Assembly (NCBI GenBank): GCA_963725865.1
Contig: CAVSAC010000012.1
Span: forward strand, 1,383,421 to 1,447,420
DNA: 64,000 bases
Source of the DNA: Candidatus Eiseniibacteriota bacterium
GTDB taxonomy: Bacteria > Eisenbacteria > RBG-16-71-46
Reading direction: 5' to 3'
The translations under genes were made by a program, and so were the position numbers. Below, one piece after another: positions 50,161 through 60,191 of this stretch (the first letter of the stretch is position 1; every line of letters starts with the position of its first letter). The notes below the pieces were generated by a model that was given only the letters and a program-made list of their open reading frames with translations, was not told the origin of the DNA and did not search any database.

Positions 50161-51191
50161 TCCCTAACGTCCGCATCCTTCACCGTATCCGCGCCGGCGT
50201 CGTGTTGCTCACCGGCCTCGTGCTGGCGGCGTCGGCGCTCGGCGGCTGCGGAGTCACCCGTGCCCTGATCCCCGGCGGCGATCCGGCCGGGGCGCCGGCA
50301 CACGGTGCGTCCGCGAGGCCGAAGTCCGCGCGCGTGGCGAAGGCCAAGCCCCAGCCAAAGCCGAAGGCGAAGCGGTCCACGTCCGTAGCCGAGGCCCGCG
50401 GTGGGCGCCGCGCCGCCAAGCCCGACAAGTCGGGCAAGCCCGCGGACGCGCCGCCTCCGCGCTCGCCGCTCGCCGAGGCGCGCGCCGAGGCGACGACCGT
50501 GCCCGCCGAGCCGTACTGGCCGTATCGGGTGGCGGAGCTGAGCCCGGCCTCCGATTCCGCGGTGATCGAGGGCGCGCTGCGCGAGGCGGTGCGCCGCGAC
50601 CCGTCGTACGCGCCGGCGCTCGCGCAGCTCTCGAAGCGGATGTTCGAGTCGGGTCGCCACGCCGAGGCGATCCGCCTGCTGGAGGGCGCGCGGTCGCAGG
50701 CGGGCACGCTCCCGCCCGCGCTGATGGCGGGACTCGCCCTGCAGTACGACGCGGCCGGACGGCCGGACCTCGCGCGTCGCGCGCTGGCCGCGCTGCCGGA
50801 GCGCGACGACGCGGACGCGGCGCCGGTCGAGGTGTACGTCACGCTGCGCGGCCCGGCGCCCGACTCGGCCACCGCGCTGGCGGCCGCCGCGGCGATCGAC
50901 CGCCCGCGCAGCGCGGTCAACCAGAACAACTACGGAATCACGCGCCTGCGCGCCGGCGATCCAGAGAAGGCGCGCAAGGCGTTCCAGAAGGCGATCGACC
51001 TCGACCCGGCACTGCCGGGCCCGTACTACAACCTCGCCATCCTCGAGAAGTACTTCGTGTTCGACGACGCAGCGGCCGCCGGCTGGTTCGCGAAGTACCG
51101 CCAGCTCGCGAGCGACGACCCCGACGGCCTGGCCGAGGCCATGGGTGGCGCGAAGCCGGCGGAGCTGGCCGGCACCCGGGAGGACCGATGA
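50157..51191 (+). CDS. TPR lipoprotein (GltE/AglT-like)
   Basis: Lipobox LGGC; NNYGI...G...AR.AF.KAI.LDP....YYNLAIL..Y. Confidence 0.78.
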   Translation: MIPNVRILHRIRAGVVLLTGLVLAASALGGCGVTRALIPGGDPAGAPAHGASARPKSARVAKAKPQPKPKAKRSTSVAEARGGRRAAKPDKSGKPADAPPPRSPLAEARAEATTVPAEPYWPYRVAELSPASDSAVIEGALREAVRRDPSYAPALAQLSKRMFESGRHAEAIRLLEGARSQAGTLPPALMAGLALQYDAAGRPDLARRALAALPERDDADAAPVEVYVTLRGPAPDSATALAAAAAIDRPRSAVNQNNYGITRLRAGDPEKARKAFQKAIDLDPALPGPYYNLAILEKYFVFDDAAAAGWFAKYRQLASDDPDGLAEAMGGAKPAELAGTREDR

Positions 51192-51691
51192 GCACCCGCA
51201 CCTTCGCGACCAGCCTGCTGGCATCGCTCGCCGTCGCAACGCTCGCCTTCGCGGCGCCGCCGACCACGCCTCCGGCGGGCGGCGCGCGCACCGCGCCGGC
51301 GTCCGCACCGGCCACGGCACCGCCCGCGCGGCGCCCGGCGCGGCCGGCCACGCGACCGGCGAGCGGCACGCGCCCTGCGCCGGCGGACGCGCACGTCGGC
51401 GCGTCCACGCGCCCGATCAGCGCGCGCGCCTCCGCGCCGCCCGCCCACCCGGCCGCCGCGGGCGCCGCCGGCGCGGCCGGGCGGACGCTCGACGACATCC
51501 ACATCGAGGGCGAGATCGCGGTGCCGCAGGTGCTGTTCATCACGGCCCGCGACCAGCGCCGCTTCATGGATTTCCATCACCACCGCTACCTGCGATCGAG
51601 CCAGCAGCTCGGCGAGGCCACCGTGCTTCCCTCCCGCATCGCTTTCACCCCGCACCCCACGCAGGACGTACGAAAGGAGAGCAGCCGATGA
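51188..51691 (+). CDS. Small exported Pro/Ala-rich protein (GltF-like)
   Basis: Signal peptide, low-complexity linker, LDDIHIEGEIAVPQVLFI motif; lies between the TPR genes and motA/tolQ. Confidence 0.6.
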   Translation: MSTRTFATSLLASLAVATLAFAAPPTTPPAGGARTAPASAPATAPPARRPARPATRPASGTRPAPADAHVGASTRPISARASAPPAHPAAAGAAGAAGRTLDDIHIEGEIAVPQVLFITARDQRRFMDFHHHRYLRSSQQLGEATVLPSRIAFTPHPTQDVRKESSR

Positions 51692-52425
51692 ATGCGTTCG
51701 CGACCATCGCCACCTTCTACAAGGAGGGCGGCATCTTCATGCACGCGGTGCTCACGATCGCCGTCGTGATCACCGCCATCGCCGTGGAACGGCTCATCGT
51801 GATCTCGCGCGCGACCGCGCTCGACTGCCGCCGCTTCACCGACGAGCTCGTCCGCTACGCCACGCACGGCGACCTCACGGGCGCCCGCCGCTCTGCGATG
51901 GGCTCCAGCACCCCGGTGGCGCGGGTCGCGCAGGCGATCCTGCACGTGGCACCGGCGGACGAGCCGACGCTCCAGTCGGCCGCTGACGACGCGGCCACGC
52001 TCGCGATGCCCGACCTCACGCGCCGGCTCTCGTTCATGGGCGTGCTGGCGAACTCCGCCACCCTGATCGGGCTGCTCGGCACCATCACCGGACTCATCAC
52101 GGCCATCTCGGGCGTCGCGGTGGCCGACGCCGCCCAGCGCTCGGCCCATCTGTCCGCGGGCATCTCCGAGGCGCTCCACACCACGGCGTTCGGCCTCATC
52201 GTCGCGATCCCGACCCTGATGCTGCAGGGCTGGCTGAGCGCGCGCGTCGAGGGCGTCGCCGAGAACATCGACCACCTCGGCATCCGGCTCGGCCGCGCGA
52301 TCGCGCAGCCGGTCGCGGGTCATGGCCACGCCGCGGCGCCGATCGCGATGGCGCGGCCCGCGGCGGCAGCCCCGGCCGCGAACGTGGCGCGCCCGGCGGC
52401 CGCAGCGCAGATCGCGGGACGGTAG
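51688..52425 (+). CDS. MotA/TolQ/ExbB proton-channel protein (AglR-like)
   Basis: GG.FM, AVER, GLLGTITGLI, GISEALHTTAFGLIVAIP; AAGGAG RBS. Confidence 0.93.
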   Translation: MNAFATIATFYKEGGIFMHAVLTIAVVITAIAVERLIVISRATALDCRRFTDELVRYATHGDLTGARRSAMGSSTPVARVAQAILHVAPADEPTLQSAADDAATLAMPDLTRRLSFMGVLANSATLIGLLGTITGLITAISGVAVADAAQRSAHLSAGISEALHTTAFGLIVAIPTLMLQGWLSARVEGVAENIDHLGIRLGRAIAQPVAGHGHAAAPIAMARPAAAAPAANVARPAAAAQIAGR

Positions 52426-52428
52426 CCC

Positions 52429-52941
52429 ATGGGGGTGCGACGGAGACACAGGAAGAGCCAGCGCGAGATCGTGGCGGGCGAGATCGAGCTGCTGCCGATG
52501 CTGAACGTGTTCATCTCGATCATTCCGCTGCTGCTGCTGTCGGCGGCGTTCGTGCAGGTGGCGGTGATCCAGACCTCGCTGCCCGCGCCGGCCGACGCGG
52601 CGGTGTCGTCGTCGGCTGCGGCCGAGGAGGTGGACGCGCCGTTCCTGGTCAGCATCCGGGTGCGGGACAAGGAGTACGTGGTGTCGGAGAACGACGTGGT
52701 GCGGCTGACCATCCCGCGTCCCGCTGCGGGCGCCGGCACGGCCGCCGCCGCCGACGGTGCGCGCCAACAGCTGAAGGACGCGCTGCGCGCGCTGGCGAGC
52801 GCGCATGCGGGCAAGCGCGAAGTCCACATCGTGGCCGAGCCCACCACCAAGTACGAGGACATCGTCGACGTGATGGACGTCACGCGTGCGGCCGGCCTGC
52901 CGGAAGCGGGCCTCGCCGACGCCAGCCAGGGAGCATCGTGA
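52429..52941 (+). CDS. ExbD/TolR-family protein 1 (Asn at the conserved TM Asp position)
   Basis: IELLPMLNVFISIIPLLL TM segment; Y.DIV.VMD..R.AG. Confidence 0.88.
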   Translation: MGVRRRHRKSQREIVAGEIELLPMLNVFISIIPLLLLSAAFVQVAVIQTSLPAPADAAVSSSAAAEEVDAPFLVSIRVRDKEYVVSENDVVRLTIPRPAAGAGTAAAADGARQQLKDALRALASAHAGKREVHIVAEPTTKYEDIVDVMDVTRAAGLPEAGLADASQGAS

Positions 52942-52942
52942 C

Positions 52943-53443
52943 ATGAGACGGCGTGTCGGTGGTCGACCGCGGTGGCGGGGTGGGCTGCGTGCCAACTCGA
53001 GCGTCAACCTGATCTCGATGATGGACATCCTCACCGTGTTGCTGTTGTTCCTGCTGAAGAGCTACTCCGCGAGCGGCCAGGGAATGGTGCCGCCGGCGGG
53101 TGTGCTGCTCCCCACCTCGACCGCGCAGGAACCGCCCCAGCCGTCGCTGGTGGTGGTGATCGACGACGACCGGATCCTGGTGGACGACCAGAAGGTGGCG
53201 ACGGTCCAGGACGCGCTGAGCGGCGAAGGACTCGAGATCGCCCCGTTGACCGCGCGCCTGCAGTCGGTGCGTGAGGCCGAGGCGACCGCCGCGAATGCGG
53301 CCCACCGGCCGCTGCCCCCGTCGCGACTGGCGACCATCCAGGGCGATCGCGATATCGAGTTCCGGCTCCTGAAGCGCGTGATGTACACGCTCAACCAGAA
53401 CGGCTACGGCGACGTGTCGCTGGCCGTGTTCCAGAAGTCCTAG
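52943..53443 (+). CDS. ExbD/TolR-family protein 2 (AglS/AglQ-like)
   Basis: VNLISMMDILTVLLLFLLKS TM segment; IQGDR.I.F..LKRVMYT....GY..V.LAV. Confidence 0.9.
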   Translation: MRRRVGGRPRWRGGLRANSSVNLISMMDILTVLLLFLLKSYSASGQGMVPPAGVLLPTSTAQEPPQPSLVVVIDDDRILVDDQKVATVQDALSGEGLEIAPLTARLQSVREAEATAANAAHRPLPPSRLATIQGDRDIEFRLLKRVMYTLNQNGYGDVSLAVFQKS

Positions 53444-53453
53444 GGAGACGGCG

Positions 53454-54641
53454 ATGGCGAGCATGACCTACGACACCTACCGCCGCCCGGCATCCCTCTC
53501 ACCGGATGGGCTGTTCCAGCGGTGCCTGATGGGCTCGGGGCTGGCGGGAGTCTTGTTCCTGATCGCCGTGCTGATCACCCCGGCACGCCACGAGATGCTC
53601 GCCGAGGTCACCGAAGTCCAGCAGCGCATCACGCACCTCGTGATGGAGCCGCCGAAGCACCTGTCGTGGCCGGTCGGCGATGGCTACGGCCCGCAGGCCC
53701 CCGGCAAGCCCGGGACGCCCGGCCCCATCGGACCCGGTCCGGTCGGCAAGACGCCCGGCGCACCCGGTCCGATCGGCGCGGGTCCGGTCGCGGGCAAGGG
53801 CGCGGGCGACTACCTGCCGCCGGGGCCCGGGGATGGCACCGGCATCGGAAGCGGCGCAGCCGGGCGTGCGCGCGCGCAGGCGCTGGTGGCGACGCGACTC
53901 GCCGGCAGCACGGCGTCGATCTCGCGCTCGCTCGCGGGGCTCTCGAGCTCGCTCTCGTCGGCGTCGGCCGTGGTGGCCTCCTCGCCCGGCCCGGGTCGCC
54001 GCGTGCGCGCGGTGCGCAACGGTCGCGGGGACGCCGACCTCGGCGCCGTGTCCGCCGACATCGGCGGCACCGGTGGCGGCGCCGCCGGGCTCGGCGGCTC
54101 GGCGGTGCAGGGCTCGTGGGTCTCGGTCGGCACGCTCGCCGGCATCGGCGGCGGCACCCGGGGCGGCGGCGCGGGCGGCACGGGTGGCGGCGTCGGCGGC
54201 ACCAGTGACGGCTACGGCGTGGGGGGCGGCAACGGGCTCGGTGGCTATGGCACCGGCACCGGTGGCGGTGGCGAAGGCGGTGGTGGCGGCGGTGGCGGCG
54301 GCGGTGGTGGTGGTGGAGGCGGTGGGCGCGGCATCGCGGGGCCGGGCGTCTATCGCAGCAACGCGTCGCTGCTCGCGGTCATCCAGAAGTACTCGGCCGG
54401 CCTCCAGTTCTGCTACGGCAACGAGCTCAAGCGGCAGGAAGGACTGCGGGGCAAGCTGGTGGTCGCGCTCACGGTCTCGGCGTCGGGCGAGGTGACGGAG
54501 GCCACGGTGGTGCAGAACACGCTCGGCTCGGAACGGCTGGCGGCCTGCGCGCTGTCGCAGATCCGCGAGTGGCGCTTCCCCGCGATCCCGCAGGGTGTGA
54601 CGACGTTCCAGGCACCGTTCGTCTTCACGCCCCCGAACTGA
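53454..54641 (+). CDS. TonB-like energy transducer with AgmX/PglI (GltG-like) C-terminal domain
   Basis: Single N-terminal TM, long Gly/Pro linker, C-terminal CY..ELK...L.GKL.V..TV...G.V......L..C....IR.WRFP......PF.F. Confidence 0.85.
   Translation: MASMTYDTYRRPASLSPDGLFQRCLMGSGLAGVLFLIAVLITPARHEMLAEVTEVQQRITHLVMEPPKHLSWPVGDGYGPQAPGKPGTPGPIGPGPVGKTPGAPGPIGAGPVAGKGAGDYLPPGPGDGTGIGSGAAGRARAQALVATRLAGSTASISRSLAGLSSSLSSASAVVASSPGPGRRVRAVRNGRGDADLGAVSADIGGTGGGAAGLGGSAVQGSWVSVGTLAGIGGGTRGGGAGGTGGGVGGTSDGYGVGGGNGLGGYGTGTGGGGEGGGGGGGGGGGGGGGGGRGIAGPGVYRSNASLLAVIQKYSAGLQFCYGNELKRQEGLRGKLVVALTVSASGEVTEATVVQNTLGSERLAACALSQIREWRFPAIPQGVTTFQAPFVFTPPN
54260..54325 (+). repeat. GGN trinucleotide tract encoding poly-Gly
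   Basis: Mixed GGT/GGC/GGA codon run within the GltG-like linker. Confidence 0.75.
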
Positions 54642-54680
54642 GGCGCCCGGGCTCCGCCGCGGTTGCGGCGGTCCCGCGCG

Positions 54681-55868
54681 TCACGGCCGGCCCGCCCCTC
54701 CCAGGGGCGCCCAGGGCAGGTGGAACCCCAGCACGAGGTCCTCGTCGTGGCGGTCCCACAGCGCGAACAGGCCGACCGTATGGCCGCCCACGCGCAGCAG
54801 CCCCGGGTAGACGTTCACCCGCAGGCTGTAGCGTGACGAGGTGGCGCTCGTCACCGAGAACAGCAGCGAACCCTCGCGGTCGTAGAAGAAGCCGTACGAC
54901 GGCACCAGCTCCGCGGTGCGCGCGTCAGCGCCGAGGTCCACCAGGGCCTTCGCACGCAGTCCGGCGGCGAACGAGTACGCGCGGCCGTCCGTGCGCCGGT
55001 ACGAGAGCCCGGCCTCGCCGTGATTGCCGAAGTAGTAGAACAGGCTCCAGTGCTCGCTGCGCGGCAGCGCGAGCTTGATGGCGTAGTTCTGGCCCTGGTT
55101 CTCGATGGTGTGCGCGATCGGATCGATCGCGGGCTGCGTCGACCAGTCGCGCAGGTGGAGCGTGCCGCTGAAGAACCGGTTCACTCCGTCGTGGCTGAAC
55201 AGCAGGATGCCCGCGGGATCGAACAGGTAGAGGTCGGAGATCGCATCGGTGGTCGGTCCCGCGCGGTCGTCGTTCTCGACCACCTCGTTGAGCAGGTGAT
55301 ACACGGCCATGGTGCCGCCCGCCCACCAGCGCGGATGCCCGAAGCCGTGCTGGTCGTACCACTCGCCCATCATCGCGTAGCTCATGCCCCCGCCGACCAC
55401 GTGCAGCGTGTAGTTCGGCCAGTACTGCGCGCTCTTGCGGCTCACGCTGACCGGCAGCACCTCGCGCTGGATGAAGTCGCTCCAGCCGTCCACCTCGATG
55501 GCGCGCACCGGGTGGCGCAGGTCGATCCAGACGCGATTCCAGCCACGGTCGAAATCGACGCTCCCGAGGTGGTTGTCGCGGTTGTCGAACTGCAGGATCC
55601 CGAAGCCGCCATCGAGGATCAGCCGCAGCGGATGGACCAGCGACTCGCTGCCGTACGGACGACCCCGGTAGTACCAGGGACCGGTCGCGAGGGTCTCGGG
55701 CGCGGCGGTGGCGGGCGAGCCGTCCGCGGTCTGCGCCTGCGGCGCGGCCGGCGCGAGCAGCGAGCCCATCGCCAGCAGCGCGACGAGCGCCGCGCGGCGC
55801 CGCGGGCGGGCGCCCGACCGCGACCGGCGACCGCGGCTCCCGGGGGGCGGGGACGGGCGCTCGATCAT
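54681..55868 (-). CDS. Hypothetical exported protein, probable outer-membrane protein
   Basis: Signal-like segment, PNYTLH..GGG, NEVVEN, D.Y.FD motifs, aromatic-rich beta-strand C-terminal half. Confidence 0.6.
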   Translation of the reverse strand: MIERPSPPPGSRGRRSRSGARPRRRAALVALLAMGSLLAPAAPQAQTADGSPATAAPETLATGPWYYRGRPYGSESLVHPLRLILDGGFGILQFDNRDNHLGSVDFDRGWNRVWIDLRHPVRAIEVDGWSDFIQREVLPVSVSRKSAQYWPNYTLHVVGGGMSYAMMGEWYDQHGFGHPRWWAGGTMAVYHLLNEVVENDDRAGPTTDAISDLYLFDPAGILLFSHDGVNRFFSGTLHLRDWSTQPAIDPIAHTIENQGQNYAIKLALPRSEHWSLFYYFGNHGEAGLSYRRTDGRAYSFAAGLRAKALVDLGADARTAELVPSYGFFYDREGSLLFSVTSATSSRYSLRVNVYPGLLRVGGHTVGLFALWDRHDEDLVLGFHLPWAPLGGAGRP

Positions 55869-55979
55869 GGGTGGCCGTGCATCCGTGACGGTCGAGGCGG
55901 GGGCGACATGCGCACGCAGCATACCGGAAACCACCGGCGGCCGCTTCGCCCCCTCCCGCGCGCCCCGCGTCGCATGCGA

Positions 55980-56009
55980 AACGGCCCGGGGCGGTAGCCC
56001 CGGGCCGTT
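55980..56009 (-). terminator. Intrinsic terminator-like hairpin downstream of the PA-domain protease
   Basis: 13-bp perfect stem AACGGCCCGGGGC/GCCCCGGGCCGTT, 4-nt loop, short U tail on the minus strand. Confidence 0.65.
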
Positions 56010-56028
56010 CGCGGCGGTGCTGGATCGT

Positions 56029-58000
56029 TCAGCGCACGATGGCGACGCGCTGCATCTTCGCGCCGTCGGAGGTCTCGAGGTGGTAGAAGTACACGCCGGC
56101 CGCCGCCTGCGTGTCGCGGTCGGTGCGTCCGTCCCACGTCCGCGAGTACTGCCCCGGCATCATCGAGCCGTCCTGCAACGTGCGGATGCGACGGCCACTC
56201 GCGTCGCACACCGTCAGGCGGACCTGCGTGATGGTCGGGACCGAGAACGTCACGACGCTGCCCCGAGTGGTCGGATTCGGCGTCGGCGCGCTCAACTGCA
56301 GCGTGCTGGCGACCGAGCCGCGCCGCGCGGCGAACACCAGGCCGGTCGTGTACCACGAGCCGCCGGCGTCCTGGTAGCCGAGGCGGTAGTACGACGTCTG
56401 CCCGACCGGGGCATCCGCGTCGAACGCCTCGACGTGGGTGTCGGTGATGGTCATCGCGAGCGGCAGCGTGGTCCACGGACCCTGCGCGCTGGAGCCGCGC
56501 TCGACCCGGGTGGCGAGCACGTCGCCGGGCTCGCTGAAGCGCCAGCGCAGCTGGATGCCGTCGTCGCGGCCTTCCGCGAGGAACTCCGCGAGCGTGGTGG
56601 CCGTCACCATCGGGAACCAGCCGATGTCGCGGAACAACGCGGTCGTGATGTCCACGCCGTCGTGCAGGTCGCCGTTGATCGCGGGCTCCATGAGGGTGTT
56701 CGGGGTCATGGTCACGTCCCAGTGCGAAACCGAGGAGCCGCCCTGGAACGGGTTCGGCGCGTACATCAGCGGACGACCCGCGGGATCGGCGCCGGCCATC
56801 AGCGTCGGGTCGAGGTCGAGCGTCACCGAGACGCCGCTGCCGAGGTTCGCCTTGAGCGTCGCACCGTCCGCCTGCGTGATGCCGACCACCGGGATGACGA
56901 TGGTCGGATCGGTGCCGCCGGGCGAGAGCGGCCCGGCCACGTTGTTCGCGATGAGGACCGCGATCGCACCCGCGGCCTGCGCCGCCGCGGCCTTGCTGGC
57001 GAACGTGCAGGTGCCGCGGTCGACCAGCGCGATGTTGCCGGCCAGCGCCGGGCCGTTGATGAGCGGTTCGCAGCCGTCGCTCGTCGTGCCGGTCCCGTCG
57101 TCCATCAGCACCACGTTTCCGCTGACCGTGAACGACTGCGGCCCGAACGACGCGGTATTCGCGCCGTAGCTGCCGGCGATCCCGGCCGGGGCGGTCACCA
57201 GCATGCGGCGCCGGTGCGCGAGGTACGCGTCGGCCGCGGTGGTGCCGTAGAAGCCGTCCCACACCAGCTTGTCGATGCTGATCGCGGAGGCGGCGCGCTG
57301 CGCCGCGGTCATGTCGATCCAGTGCAGGCCGAGCGTGTTGTCCATCAGGTAGCGGTCGTAGATGCTCGGGAACCCGAGGTTGTAGGCGCCGGTCGAACCG
57401 TTGGTGGTGGTCGCGAATCCGAGGCCGTGCGCCAGCTCGTGGAGCACCACGGGCAGCAGCTCGATGTTGACGCCCTCGAGCCCGTCGATGCCGTAGTACC
57501 AGCCGACCCCGCCCAGACAGGTGGGTGCGCCGTTGAGCGCCGAGTTGAACTGCGTGTTCATGTCGGGAGTCCCGACTTGCTGATCGGCCCCCGCCAGCTT
57601 GTTCGCGAGCGACTGGACGTACCACGTGCCGGGATAGTCCGCGCCGGCGAAGTCGCGATGGATCGTGGTCGCCCCGGTGCTGCCCAGCACGGCGCTCGTC
57701 GCCGTGCAGGTGCAGCGGGTTGAACGCCGCGCGCACTTCGATCTGGACCGCGCTCGACAGGATGCCGCCCCAGATGTTGGCCGCGTACTGGAAGATGAAC
57801 AGGCGCTGGCCTCCAACCGTGGTGGCGGGATTGCCGCCCACCGGCGCAACCGGCGTGGGATCGTTGAAGCCCTCACCGGCGCCGTCGTTGTTGATGATGG
57901 TGATCACCGCGGCGTTCGCGGTCCCCACGACCAGGGCGAGCAGCCCAGCGAGCGTCAGCGGCAGGAGTCCGCGCCGGCGAATGCGAGTCAGGTCGGTCAT
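56029..58000 (-). CDS. Secreted zinc metalloprotease with PA domain and FlgD/T9SS-type CTD; +1 frameshift near 57712
   Basis: N-terminus in ORF 55865..58000 (signal, GEGFNDPT); body in ORF 56029..57876 (HELAHGLGF, IALVDRGTCTF..K...AQAAGA, GSSVSHWD, PNP...GVYFY). Removing one base restores AFNPLTCTATSAVLG. Confidence 0.85.
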
Positions 58001-58003
58001 GGC

Positions 58004-58540
58004 CTAGCGCTCCTCGTAGCGCGGTGCGGGCGCCGGTGCCGGCGCGCTCTGCAGCGCCTGGTGAGCATCCTTCGTGCAATCGAGGACCGGCTTGCCGTTC
58101 GCGTCGAGCCGGACGATCACGTAGTCCTCGTTGGTGCCCTGCAGATCCACCATCCACGACCCGTCGGGCAGCTGGATCTGCTGCAGCTCGGGAGCCGCGG
58201 CGGAATTGCCGCCGACCACGGATTCCTGACCCGCCGGCGGCATGCCACCGATCAGGCCGGTCTCGGGATCCCGATACGCGCGCATCCCGGCGACGATCGG
58301 CGCGGGCGCGGCCGGCGCGGCGCTCGCCGTGGCGGTCGCGTGACGACGGGCGTGGCTGCGAGTGACGACCTGCACCGGCGCCGCGGGCGCGACCCGCGCC
58401 GCGACGAACGCGGGCGTGGGCGCGACGCGCTCCACCTGGGATGTCGACCGACGATGCAGTGCCATGGAGGTGACCGCGATCAGCAGCCCGAGGCCGACGA
58501 TCGCGAGTGTGGCGTGAAGCGGTGTAGGTCTGACGCGCAT
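58004..58540 (-). CDS. Small exported/anchored protein upstream of the protease
   Basis: AAGGAG RBS, N-terminal TM, GMRAYRDPETG and LPDGS..VDL motifs. Confidence 0.65.
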   Translation of the reverse strand: MRVRPTPLHATLAIVGLGLLIAVTSMALHRRSTSQVERVAPTPAFVAARVAPAAPVQVVTRSHARRHATATASAAPAAPAPIVAGMRAYRDPETGLIGGMPPAGQESVVGGNSAAAPELQQIQLPDGSWMVDLQGTNEDYVIVRLDANGKPVLDCTKDAHQALQSAPAPAPAPRYEER

Positions 58541-58896
58541 GAGCCACTCCTTCCGTGTGGGGATTGGGGAAACTGCATGTCACGGAACTGTCCAGCACCC
58601 TAGGCGCGGGGCCTGGGAGTGAAAAGGGAAAAGTGGGCGCTGGCGGCTCGAATCGAACGAGCGTTCGGCCGGACGTGGGCTGCTGCGAAGCGCCGCTTCA
58701 GAAGCGTGCGCGGCGCGCGGAGCCCGGCCGAGGTGCCGTCGCGCGACCGGGTGTCATCCGCTCACGGGGCGCGGTGGCCAAGCGCGATCTCGACCTCGCG
58801 CGGTACCTCAGTGGCCGCGCGCAGCGGCCCGGGGCACCGCGCGTTACGGTGCTTTCGTTCCGTCCGGCAAGAGGCCGCGGGACGGGCAGGCAGCGG

Positions 58897-60191
58897 TCAG
58901 CGCGCGAGCCGCTCGCGCAGCGCCTCGATGCGCGCGGCGATGCGCTCGCGACGCATCGGACTGCGCATCGCGACGGCCAGGGTCGCCGGCAGCGGGACTG
59001 GATGACCGATCGCGGTGCGGACCACGTCGGCGAACTTGGCCGGATGCGCCGTCGCGGCCACCACGATCGGCTCCTCGCCCTCCAGCCGGCGCGCGGCGGC
59101 CACGCCCACCGCGGTATGGGGGTCGAGCACCACCTCGGTGCGCTCGCAGGTCGCCCGAATCTCCGCGACGGTCTCCTCGTCGGTCACCGCGAACGCGGTC
59201 AGCTCGCGCGGAGACGGTCCATGTCGCCGTCGACCAGCGCCTGGATGCGCGGCAGGTTGCTCGGATCGCCGACGTCCATCGCGTTCGAGTGGGTCGCGAC
59301 CGCGGCCCGCGGCGTCAGCGTGCCGGTCCGCAGGAACTCCACCAGCACGTCGTTCGCGTTGGTGGCGGCGACCAGACCGCGGATCGGGATCCCCATCGCG
59401 CGGGCGTAGAACGCCGCGGTGAGGTTTCCGAGATTGCCGCTCGGCACCACCACGGTCGGAGTGGCCGCGGCGGTCGCCGGCCGGGCGCGGAGCTGCGCCA
59501 GCGCCCAGGCGTGGTAGGTGATCTGCGGCAGCAGTCGCCCGACGTTGATCGAGTTCGCGGTCGTCAGGGTGCGGGCCGCGTCGCCGGCGGATTCCGCCAG
59601 CGCCTGCTTCACGAGTCGCTGGCAGTCGTCGAACGTGCCTTCCACCTCGAGCGCGTGCACGTTGCCCCCGACCGTCGTGATCTGGCGCTCCTGCAGCTCG
59701 CTGATGCGACCCGCGGGGTACAGCACGAACACCGTGATGTGCGGCACTCCGTGGAAGCCGCGGGCCACCGCGCTGCCGGTGTCCCCCGAGGTCGCGACCA
59801 CGATCGTGACCTCGCGCTGCTCGCGCGCCAGCAGCGTCGACATCGCCTGGGCCATGAAGCGGGCGCCGACGTCCTTGAACGCGAGCGTCGGGCCGTGGAA
59901 CAGCTCGAGCAGCTGGAGCCGGCCCTCGAGGGGCACCAGCGGGACGCGGAAATCGAGGGCGCGATCGACGATCCCGCGCAGCTCGTCCGCGCTGAACTCG
60001 TCCAGGAACGGCGCCAGCACGGCGCACGCGATCTCGCCGAACGAGCGCTTCGGAAGGGCGGCCAGCTCCTTGTCCGCGAGCCGCGGGATCGACTCGGGCA
60101 CGTAGAGCGAGCCGTCGGGCGCCAGCCCGTCGAACAGCGCGCGTGCGAACGGCACCGGCTCGCAGCGCCCGAGCACGCTGCGGAACTTCAC
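58897..60191 (-). CDS. thrC: Threonine synthase; 1-nt deletion frameshift near 59205
   Basis: GLAPDG.LY.P, ELFHGPTLAFKD, ATSGDTG.A, NSIN.GR, VPSGN.GN, SNAMDV..PSN; the C-terminus (DPHTA, TAHPAKF) is in the adjacent frame. Confidence 0.92.

Noticed and set aside
45316..54641. Bona fide gliding motility, or canonical Tol-Pal / TonB-ExbBD uptake
   Set aside because: No cytoplasmic gliding components, no tolB-pal pair and no TonB-dependent receptor are in the window; only similarity to the core is supported, so no gene symbols were assigned.
58897..60191. thrC as a pseudogene or programmed frameshift
   Set aside because: A single indel with all motifs intact and no slippery site; an error is more parsimonious.
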